This document shows positions 26,306-33,944 of a stretch of 41,767 nucleotides of DNA, piece by piece (position 1 is the stretch's first letter; every line of letters begins with the position of its first letter). The stretch lies in the NCBI GenBank assembly GCA_023150835.1, contig JAKLKB010000053.1, forward strand, positions 1-41,767, written 5' to 3'. The DNA comes from Myxococcota bacterium. Lineage in GTDB: Bacteria; Myxococcota_C; UBA6777. The position numbers were made by a program, and so were the translations under genes. Below the pieces are notes generated by a model. That model was not told the origin of the DNA, ran no database searches, and saw only the letters and a program-made list of their open reading frames with translations.

Positions 26306-27748
26306 ATGCCCAAGATCGCCCTCCCCGAAAAGATACGCAACCTCCTCGAACACCCTTGGCTCCCTTGGCTCGGACTTTTGCTCTTGTGGTCGGGATGGCT
26401 GCTCCATCCTCGCCCCTCCCATGACGAAGGTCTCTATATTCGGGCTTTTCAAGCTGTCCAACAGGAGCGCTCTCCCTACTCTCTTTTCGGCTACCTCTAT
26501 CCACCCCCTCTGGCTTACCTCGGAAGTACCGCTCTGTCCCTCCTTGGATACCAAACAACACTCTCTCTCCTGCGCCTACTTAACCTGCTCGCGGGTTTCT
26601 GGATCATCCGACTGGCCCTTCAACCCTTCCAACTTCGCCCCATCCCCCTACTTTTTGTCTCTCTTTGCGCGATCGCCATCCTCCCGCCTGTCGCGCATGG
26701 TCTCGAAGTCAACAATCTCTCCATTTTGACGGCTGCGCTGGGCATCGCAGCGCTCCGACGTTGGCCCACTTCACCTTGGCGTGCCGCCTCGCTCCTTGCA
26801 GCGAGTCTTCTGATCAAACCGATCTTTGCGGTGGCATGGCTGCTTTTGCTGTTCTACCCCCACGCTCACGCCCGAAAAACGGCGTTGCTCTCTGGCGCGT
26901 TTTGCGCGACGTGCCTTGCCTCTGTTGGGTGGGAGATCCCGGCAATGCTGCATCAAATGGCCCACAACACCATGCAGCATACCCAATTGTTGCTTTCATG
27001 GCGCAATCTTTGTTCGCTTTTTGGCCTTTCTCTTCCCGGCTGGAGCATCGCTGTGTTTTGGTCTGGCGTCGGTATCCTTTGGCTTCGCCTCCAACGCCCC
27101 AGCCCTGCTCAACTCGAACCGATCGCGATCCTGCTCTCCCTCTACAGCCTGCCGCTCGTTTGGGACCATACACTCACCGCGATCTTGCCCATGATGATGG
27201 CCGTTTGCGCTCATTGGTTTCACCAATACCCCATCCATCCGACATCCCCGTCACTACCCACCCATCCGCTATCTCCGCTCCCGCCCACCCATCCGACATC
27301 TCCGCCCCTACCCACCCATCCGACATCTCCGCCCCTGCCCACCCATCCGACATCTCCGCCCCTACCCATCCATCCGACATCTCCGCCAATGCCCACCCAT
27401 CCGACATCTCCGTTCCCGCCTATCAATCCGACATCTCCGCCCCTGCCCACCCATCCGACATCTCCGCTCCCGCCCATCCATCCGACATCTCCGCCCCTGC
27501 CTTCGGCATCTCCCATCGCGACCGCTTCACCTTCTCTTTCTGCACCCCCTGACTCCGCGCTCACAAGCGACGCCACAAAGGCTTGGCTGCTTCGGGGTCT
27601 TGGACTTTTCGTGATCTGCCTTGCTCTTCTTTTTAGCGATCGGCTCGGAGATATGATCGATTTGCCTCACCTCATCCGCGCTATCGCTCTCACCGCGCTG
27701 ATCGCCGCTCTTGGCTTTCTGGCCTTTCTCCACCAACGCTGCGCATAA
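26306..27748 (+). CDS. GT87/DUF2029-like polytopic membrane glycosyltransferase
   Basis: DEGLY...YLYPPPLA, NNLS, LIKP, WDH motifs and many TM helices. ATG 26306 follows AGGA (ORF track starts at 26126). Confidence 0.7.
   Translation: MPKIALPEKIRNLLEHPWLPWLGLLLLWSGWLLHPRPSHDEGLYIRAFQAVQQERSPYSLFGYLYPPPLAYLGSTALSLLGYQTTLSLLRLLNLLAGFWIIRLALQPFQLRPIPLLFVSLCAIAILPPVAHGLEVNNLSILTAALGIAALRRWPTSPWRAASLLAASLLIKPIFAVAWLLLLFYPHAHARKTALLSGAFCATCLASVGWEIPAMLHQMAHNTMQHTQLLLSWRNLCSLFGLSLPGWSIAVFWSGVGILWLRLQRPSPAQLEPIAILLSLYSLPLVWDHTLTAILPMMMAVCAHWFHQYPIHPTSPSLPTHPLSPLPPTHPTSPPLPTHPTSPPLPTHPTSPPLPIHPTSPPMPTHPTSPFPPINPTSPPLPTHPTSPLPPIHPTSPPLPSASPIATASPSLSAPPDSALTSDATKAWLLRGLGLFVICLALLFSDRLGDMIDLPHLIRAIALTALIAALGFLAFLHQRCA
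27231..27500 (+). repeat. 27-bp in-frame tandem repeat, about 10 copies (HPTSPPLPT)
   Basis: CATCCGACATCTCCG core recurring every 27 bp. Confidence 0.9.
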
Positions 27749-27924
27749 CCCTCCTCCAACAGCATCGCTCTCCCTTACCACTCCAAGAAAACAATCCTCC
27801 ATCACGCCCAGAACATCCCCAAGCTATCCACTCTCCAGCCTCTTGCTTGTCGAAAAAGGCTTGTGTACACATCGCCTTGTTTCGGGAAGATCACACCAAC
27901 GGACAACGAAAGGAACAGAACAAA

Positions 27925-28917
27925 GTGAGCAAAGTGATGGTCACAGGCGGAGCGGGCTACATCGGCTCGCACACGATCCGACAACTTCAACGATCGGGGT
28001 ACAGCGTCGTCGTAGTGGACAACCTTTCACGGGGCTATCGTGCCGCATTACCCGAAGGAATCACGTTTTATCACACCGATATCGGCGACACACAACGCAT
28101 CCAAGAGATCTGCTCGCAAGAACAAGTGGACGCAGTCATCCACTTTGCCGCTCTGATCGAAGTCGGGATCTCACAAAAAGAACCCTTCTCGTTTTATGAA
28201 AACAACGTCAAACAAACTCTCGGCTTGTTGGCGGGGATGCGCCGATCTGGGGTCCGAAGGATGATCTTTTCTTCGACGGCTGCGGTCTACGGTGTGACGG
28301 AACCCAAAGCCTTGCGCGAAGAATCTCCCAAAGCCCCCGCAAGCGTCTATGGCCGCAGCAAATACATGATCGAACAGATCCTCTCGGATCTATCGATGGT
28401 GGGCGAGCTAGACGTGATCGCGCTGCGATACTTTAACGCCGCAGGTGCCGATGTCTCGGGTGATATCGGAGAAAGTCACCGCCCCGAAACCCACCTCGTC
28501 CCGCTGATCTTACAAGTCGCCCTCGGCCAACGCCCCTCGATCTCTGTTTTTGGCAACGATTATCCAACTCCCGATGGCACCTGCATTCGTGATTACATCC
28601 ATGTCACCGACCTTGCCGAAGCCCACGTCATGGCGCTGCGCTATCTCGAACAAGGCGGAGCCAGTGATGCTTTCAACGTCGGTTCGGGCTGTGGCTACTC
28701 CGTTCAGGAAGTGATCGCCTGTTGCCGCGAAGTAACGGGACACCCCATCCCCACCCACCATGCCCCCCGCCGTGATGGCGATGTCCCCGTCCTTCTCGCC
28801 GATACACAACGCATCCAACAAGCCCTCCGTTGGCTCCCCCAATACAACCTCCGTCAGATCGTCGAAACCGCTTGGCATTGGCACAGCCGCCATCCACACG
28901 GCTTTCCACTGCCTTAG
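27925..28917 (+). CDS. galE: UDP-glucose 4-epimerase
   Basis: TGGAGYIGSH, HFAA, FSSTAAVYG, YGRSK, LRYFNAAGA, DGTCIRDYIHV. GTG start at 27925 after AAGGA. Confidence 0.95.
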   Translation: MSKVMVTGGAGYIGSHTIRQLQRSGYSVVVVDNLSRGYRAALPEGITFYHTDIGDTQRIQEICSQEQVDAVIHFAALIEVGISQKEPFSFYENNVKQTLGLLAGMRRSGVRRMIFSSTAAVYGVTEPKALREESPKAPASVYGRSKYMIEQILSDLSMVGELDVIALRYFNAAGADVSGDIGESHRPETHLVPLILQVALGQRPSISVFGNDYPTPDGTCIRDYIHVTDLAEAHVMALRYLEQGGASDAFNVGSGCGYSVQEVIACCREVTGHPIPTHHAPRRDGDVPVLLADTQRIQQALRWLPQYNLRQIVETAWHWHSRHPHGFPLP

Positions 28918-29121
28918 AACGATTCTTCGCAAGAGCAAAGCACAAAAAGAAGCCGAGGTTTGACAAAAGCTCAGAAACTCTTCTTTTTTTCCTCCACACG
29001 CCATGCCGCATCATGGATAGACTTGGCCAGACGACGGTTTTTCACTGTAGCATCTGATGAAAATGTTTCAGACAACGGCTGCCTCATTTCGTATATTCGT
29101 CTTCTTTTTTGTACCCACAAG

Positions 29122-29841
29122 TCACTTCGCTGAACTCTCGCCGCTTTCTTCACCAAGGCGCTCCGACCAATCCTCCACGCTCCGCGTTTCTAAGCGCCGA
29201 TTCGCCAAACGCCGCCAACTTTCACTTAACCAAGGCATCGCACGCAAAGCCTCCAAAGCCTCGGTGTTTTGGGTATCCACATACAAGATCTGCTGCACTC
29301 GGGAGATCGGCCACTTGGGAGCAGGACGCTTTTCCAAGATCATCGGATCATCCGCACAAACAAAACCCGCCGTCAAGACACGATAATACCAACCCGTTCG
29401 CCCCGTCGCTTGGACTCTTCGCGCCATCTGCTTGTGCCCAAATTGGATATTCAGCTTAAAACAGGGCTGGCGCGCTTGGCAGACTTGCAAGAAAGCCTCG
29501 CCCCATCGCACGATATCTCCCAAACAGACCTCCTCTTCTGTCCAGCCAAGACTTGAGATATTTTCTCCAAATGCCCCTCCCTCCCCCAAAAGTTCCGCAG
29601 CATGGGGAAGTTCTTCGCGCCACACTGCATAGTGATCCAATGCGTACTGAAGCACAGCCTTCTCACGCCCCCCGTGATGCTCCGTGTCCGCTTGCGCATC
29701 CCCCTCCAAACCTTCCCATCCCAAGTAAATACGCCCTTCCACTGGCATCTTGCGCATCGCACTCAGGGTTTCGCTCTCCCTCAAACGCTCGATCTTTCCA
29801 CACCGCACCGATTGGACCTTTGCTTCTCTCATCAACGACAT
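29122..29841 (-). CDS. MOSC domain protein with 3-alpha domain (YiiM-like)
   Basis: GLEGD.QAD..HHGG.EKAV, GAFGEN, RQPCFKL, TGWYYRVL. ATG 29841 follows GGAG (ORF track starts at 30036). Confidence 0.92.
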   Translation of the reverse strand: MSLMREAKVQSVRCGKIERLRESETLSAMRKMPVEGRIYLGWEGLEGDAQADTEHHGGREKAVLQYALDHYAVWREELPHAAELLGEGGAFGENISSLGWTEEEVCLGDIVRWGEAFLQVCQARQPCFKLNIQFGHKQMARRVQATGRTGWYYRVLTAGFVCADDPMILEKRPAPKWPISRVQQILYVDTQNTEALEALRAMPWLSESWRRLANRRLETRSVEDWSERLGEESGESSAK

Positions 29842-30114
29842 CGTTCTCTCCATCCTACGCGGCTTCCCGCACCACACACCCAACAACCGCACCACACACC
29901 CAACAACCGCACCACACGCCGCCTCTCCAACACGCACAAGACAAAAGCGCAACTCGTTCTCTTCCAACATGACGGCCAAGCAAAAATTCTCCAACACGCA
30001 CAAGACGAAAGCGCAACTCTTTGGAGCGCGAAACACCTAAACCACAATCTTTTCCTTGATCGGGTGGTGGGGTGGTATATCCTAACGATCACCCCTTCCC
30101 AAAAAAAGGACGGA

Positions 30115-30191
30115 TACGATATCTGTGTGATGTGTGATCGAAGGGTCGTACGTAGACACCCGATTGTTGGGCAGCCACACCTGTCTGCCCC
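30115..30191 (-). mobile_element. Truncated REP-carrying MITE (reverse orientation)
   Basis: TACGATATCTG end at 30115. The minus strand reads GGGGCAGACAGGTGTGGCTGCCCAACAATCGGGTGTCTACG and is cut at 30192 by the next element. Confidence 0.65.
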
Positions 30192-30458
30192 CATACGCGC
30201 TAGGTTTACGAGCGCCTTTGCTCTTTACAGCCCCTGTTGCGGGAGCTTTTGCATACTCTGTCCGAGAACTCTCTCAAACTGGTCCAGAATTCGATCTTTT
30301 TGTTCGACGCTTATCGTCTCTGTCGATGGTTCAACCCGAGGATTTGCAGGACTTGCCTTCTTTTTCGGAGTCCTTTCATCTGGAACACCACGAACTGACA
30401 AACTGCGCGTAAGAGTGCATAGAAAACAAACCTTTATGCGCTTAACAAGGCGCGTATG
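30192..30458. mobile_element. Second IS231-like TIR-bounded element (267 bp) with different internal sequence
   Basis: CATACGCGCTAGGTTTAC (30192-30209) and CTTAACAAGGCGCGTATG (30441-30458); the latter is the exact reverse complement of 7619-7636. The right flank GGGCTTTGCCC fits GGG-N5-CCC, but the left flank is not duplicated. Confidence 0.65.
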
Positions 30459-30580
30459 GGGCTTTGCCCCACGCCCCACAAGGGAACTGCGTCCCCTTGA
30501 CCCCGTATCGGCGAAGAGATCTCTGTTTTTCAAACAGACGACTCTCTCGCTTGAAACGACGCGAACACGGGGGTTTTCAT
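30459..30580 (+). repeat. Dispersed double-hairpin repeat, copy 2
   Basis: Homologous to 7859-7985 (CCCCACAAGGG...CCCCTTGACCCC...GGCGAA.AGATC...TCGCTT.AA...GCGA.CACGGG). Confidence 0.7.
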
Positions 30581-30587
30581 CAAGTCC

Positions 30588-30701
30588 TACGAAATCTGCC
30601 CGTTGCGTTGTCGTAAAGAGGTAGGAGCAGCCCCTTTGGCTGACCAACGAACAGGGCATCCACGTACTCTCCTTTGCTGTGTACATCACTAAGATACCGT
30701 A
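30588..30701 (+). mobile_element. Diverged REP-carrying MITE
   Basis: TACGAAATCTGCCC...GTAGGAGCAGCCCCTTTGGCTGACC...AAGATACCGTA. Confidence 0.6.
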
Positions 30702-30907
30702 CTAGCCCTATCACATTCGAAATTTTGCAAGATCCCAAAATAGTTTTCGGAATGTTGTCAGCATCTCAAAACATTCGTCGTCTTGTTGTATGTGTTCGCG
30801 ATCAACGTCCGCGAGCAAGCGAGCAAAAGAGTAAAGAGTGCTTGGACGTTGGCGTATGTTAGGATCGAGAAACGACATGACCCTTCGACTCACAGAGCAC
30901 TTCTCCG

Positions 30908-30936
30908 TTGACAAAAGATCTATGACGCATTAGAAA
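30908..30936 (+). promoter_or_regulatory. Candidate sigma70-type promoter for the RNase H-GrpE-Hsp70 cluster
   Basis: TTGACA (30908-30913), a 17-nt spacer, then TAGAAA (4/6 match to the -10 consensus). Confidence 0.35.
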
Positions 30937-30980
30937 AAAAGATGCTCTGTTTTTCTTTACACAAGAAGAAGGAACAGCCC

Positions 30981-31754
30981 ATGCAACCCATCAAATCGGA
31001 TCTGCTTCAAGATGTACACCTTTGGTTGGGAAGTTCGAAGATCGACGTAGGCTGTTGCATTGCGTGGCTAGAAACGCAATCTCAAAGCCTCTTGCGCTCC
31101 GATATGCCGACGCTTCAAGCACTGGGGCGCGGCGTGGTCGCTTGGCTAAAACGCGATCTCGACGCTGCCCGAAAAGCATGGCGCGAAGCGTGGACACTTG
31201 GCCTCCAAAAACCGCAACTCGCTTGCTTGCTCGGGCTTGTTGAGCCAACTCCACCAAGCACAGCCCATACCTACCCCACCTCCAACAACAGACACCTCTC
31301 TGGAACGAATCCCGCACCCAGTCTTATACAAGAGCGCCTTTGTGTGTACGTCGACGGTTCGTTTTGTCCACGAACCTCCGCTGGTGGGGTTTCCTGTGTT
31401 TATTGGTTGGATGGGCGGATGGTTGTTTTGTCCGAATCTTTGCCTGCACCCGTGTCATGCAGTAACTACGCAGAAATAAAAGCGATTTATCTCGCCATCT
31501 CGACTCCTGTGCTTGAACCTTACCCGTTGGCCATCTTCACAGACAGCCAAACCGCCTATATGGCCGTGTCACCCGATCATCCCTCACCCAAATTGCTCCC
31601 CGTGATGCAGCGCCTCGCAGAAGAAGTCAAAAAACTTCTTTTGCAAAGGAACGCCAAGATCGCATGGATCAAATCGAGGATCGGAAACGTTCTGCATAAC
31701 CAAGCCGATCTTTTCGCTGGACAGATATCAAAGTTCGCACAAACAACCTTTTAG
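30981..31754 (+). CDS. RNase H1-fold protein with N-terminal TPR-like helical domain
   Basis: VYVDGS, SNYAEIKAI, IFTDSQ and WIKSRIGNVLHNQAD give the D-E-D-D RNase HI catalytic set. AAGGA precedes ATG 30981 (ORF track starts at 30942). Confidence 0.8.
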   Translation: MQPIKSDLLQDVHLWLGSSKIDVGCCIAWLETQSQSLLRSDMPTLQALGRGVVAWLKRDLDAARKAWREAWTLGLQKPQLACLLGLVEPTPPSTAHTYPTSNNRHLSGTNPAPSLIQERLCVYVDGSFCPRTSAGGVSCVYWLDGRMVVLSESLPAPVSCSNYAEIKAIYLAISTPVLEPYPLAIFTDSQTAYMAVSPDHPSPKLLPVMQRLAEEVKKLLLQRNAKIAWIKSRIGNVLHNQADLFAGQISKFAQTTF

Positions 31755-31888
31755 CTGACGAACCGCCTTCAGTCAAAATATACAGATTCTGCGGGCAAAA
31801 TCGAATATATTCGCGTCATCACTTCTCTGCTTTGACACGCACTTTCTATTCGGACGCTCGCTCTACCGCTCACATCAACAGGTGAATC

Positions 31889-33697
31889 ATGACTGACAGA
31901 AATCGAAACAACTTTCGCACAAACAACTCTTACGATGCTCCCACACGCCGAACGAACAACACCTCCCACCACACACGACACGAAGCTGAAGTGCGCAGGG
32001 GGTATCGGAGAGACAACGCCCCCTCCAACGCACCACACAACCCTCACAAGCTCTCGGACAATTATCATCGCCTGCTTGAGGAGGGAGGTTGGGACAAGTA
32101 CCACCGAATTCGATCCGATCTAAAGAACCACGGGGATAACCAACAACTGAGCAAATTAGATGAAGCTGCGACCGAAGAGTTAGTGAGAGCTTCGGATGCC
32201 GAGATATTGATCCTTGTGTACCAACTTCTTCATGGAGAAACATTTCACTCGGAAAACTTGAACTATCGCCCAGAGTGGTGGGAAGGGCCTTTGTTTGGCA
32301 TCATTTTTTCTTCTCAATTTTTTTCAAAACCGCCTTACTACGTCTTTATAAAAAAGATATGTTCTAAGGTAAAGTCTGATTTTGAATCAAACTTTGATAC
32401 TGTTCTTGGGTGCAAAAGACAAATCGTTACAGAACAACAAATTCCCCAAGAAATCACCGTTCAACAATGTAAGATTTTAAGCATTTGGATGTTTTTGAAA
32501 ATAAGGAAGAACTCGAATCAAGTTGATCAACGCTATGATTTGCGGCAGAAAACAGAAAACCTTTTCAACAAACTGTCAAGCTTGCCACCCCCTGATCTGC
32601 TTACCCGACATGAATCAGCCCAAAAAGATTGGGAAGATTTCTGCCACCAGTTTTTTGAATCGGAAAGACACCTCGCGACGAAACAAGAAGCATCCCGCAT
32701 CGCCCATCAAAAGGCTCTTGCAGAAAAGCAAGGCCAACAAATCCCAAAAATACACGCCGAGCTGCCTATTTCTTTGGATACGCAAAGCTCCGTTGATACG
32801 CAAAGCTCCGTTGATACGCAAAGCTCCGTTGATACGCGAAGCTCCTTGGATGCCGAAGAAAAACAATCGCCGCAAAACCATGCTCCAGCCACAAACCTCG
32901 GTGGTTTTGGACAAAAAGCAACGCACCAAGAAACAACAGAGCAAAAGCATCAAAAAATCTCAGATCATTCCTTAAACAAAGAGCACAAAAGCGAGCCCGC
33001 CCAAGACAGTGAATCCGCCCAAGACAGTGAATCCGCCCAAGACAGTGAATCCGCCCAAGACAGTGAATCTGCCCAAGGCAGCGAGTCCGCCCGAAAAGGC
33101 TTCAAAAACAAGCCATCAACCAAAAAACACAAGCAAATTGACCACCTTGCGTCGCTTTTAAGCCAAGCCATCGGTTCAAAACAAGACGTCTTGCAATTGC
33201 AAGCAAACGTCGAGCAGCTACAAGCAGAGATCCAAGAGTTGCGAGAGGAAAAGAAACAAATTCAAGGCGATTTACAGGAACTCGCAAGCCATGTAGATGG
33301 ACTCCGAGACTATTCGCAAACAAAAAAAAGCGATCATCAGATGCTTGAAAAACAATTCTCTGTAGCAAAGCAGGTCGCAAAGAACGAATTGTGCGAAGAT
33401 CTGCTCAAAAGCCTAAACGAAGTATTTGGACTGATCGAATCAGAAATTGGGCAAAAGAATTCGGATTGGCTGGATCTGTACGATGCTCTAAAAGATGCTC
33501 TACAAGAGGGCTTGCACATCGAGGCCACAGGTCGCGTGGGTGAAGAATTGATTGTGGGAGCAAAAGAAAATTTGCGTTCCAAAAATCAAAAGATCGCTGA
33601 AGGCCAAATTGTCGAAACCATCGGCTATGGTTGGAAAATGCGCAAAGAGGACGGAAACTACAAAATCCTCAGAGAAAAGCAAGTGAAAATACTGTAG
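31889..33697 (+). CDS. Large coiled-coil protein with C-terminal GrpE-like domain
   Basis: Long heptad coiled coil, then LYDALKDALQEGLHIEATGRVGEE...EGQIVETIGYGWKM...KILREKQVKI, which resembles the GrpE C-terminal beta domain (G.IV.V...GY...RVLRPA.V.V). DTQSSV and AQDSES repeats. Confidence 0.65.
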   Translation: MTDRNRNNFRTNNSYDAPTRRTNNTSHHTRHEAEVRRGYRRDNAPSNAPHNPHKLSDNYHRLLEEGGWDKYHRIRSDLKNHGDNQQLSKLDEAATEELVRASDAEILILVYQLLHGETFHSENLNYRPEWWEGPLFGIIFSSQFFSKPPYYVFIKKICSKVKSDFESNFDTVLGCKRQIVTEQQIPQEITVQQCKILSIWMFLKIRKNSNQVDQRYDLRQKTENLFNKLSSLPPPDLLTRHESAQKDWEDFCHQFFESERHLATKQEASRIAHQKALAEKQGQQIPKIHAELPISLDTQSSVDTQSSVDTQSSVDTRSSLDAEEKQSPQNHAPATNLGGFGQKATHQETTEQKHQKISDHSLNKEHKSEPAQDSESAQDSESAQDSESAQDSESAQGSESARKGFKNKPSTKKHKQIDHLASLLSQAIGSKQDVLQLQANVEQLQAEIQELREEKKQIQGDLQELASHVDGLRDYSQTKKSDHQMLEKQFSVAKQVAKNELCEDLLKSLNEVFGLIESEIGQKNSDWLDLYDALKDALQEGLHIEATGRVGEELIVGAKENLRSKNQKIAEGQIVETIGYGWKMRKEDGNYKILREKQVKIL

Positions 33698-33754
33698 TGT
33701 CTTTGATTGTAAGACTTGACAAATCCCATCACGAGAAAGAATGGCAACGGGCGA

Positions 33755-33875
33755 TACGAAATCCGCCAAGTGTGTACACGGAAGGTGGTGGGGCAGCAAG
33801 GTGTGGCTGCCCAAGAACACGACCGCCTCAGCAAATCGTGCCGATGTTTCGATCACGCGCCTCTCGGATTTCGCC
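33755..33875 (+). mobile_element. Degenerate REP-carrying MITE between the GrpE-like and Hsp70-like genes
   Basis: TACGAAATCCGCC...GGGGCAGCAAGGTGTGGCTGCCCAAGAA...CGGATTTCG. Confidence 0.55.
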
Positions 33876-33944
33876 TAAGCCTTCTCTTTTGATGAGATTC
33901 GGATCGATTTTCTGAAATTTTCCAAAGAAAAAGGAGAGGCATCC

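Noticed and set aside
29860-30020. Short non-coding repeats upstream of the MOSC gene as operator sites or an N-terminal extension
   Set aside because: They look like the same local duplications seen throughout the window; no palindromic operator, and a good RBS/ATG lies at 29841.
30981-31754. RNase H as part of a retron, DGR or retroelement
   Set aside because: No reverse transcriptase, msr/msd-like structure or TR/VR pair in the window.
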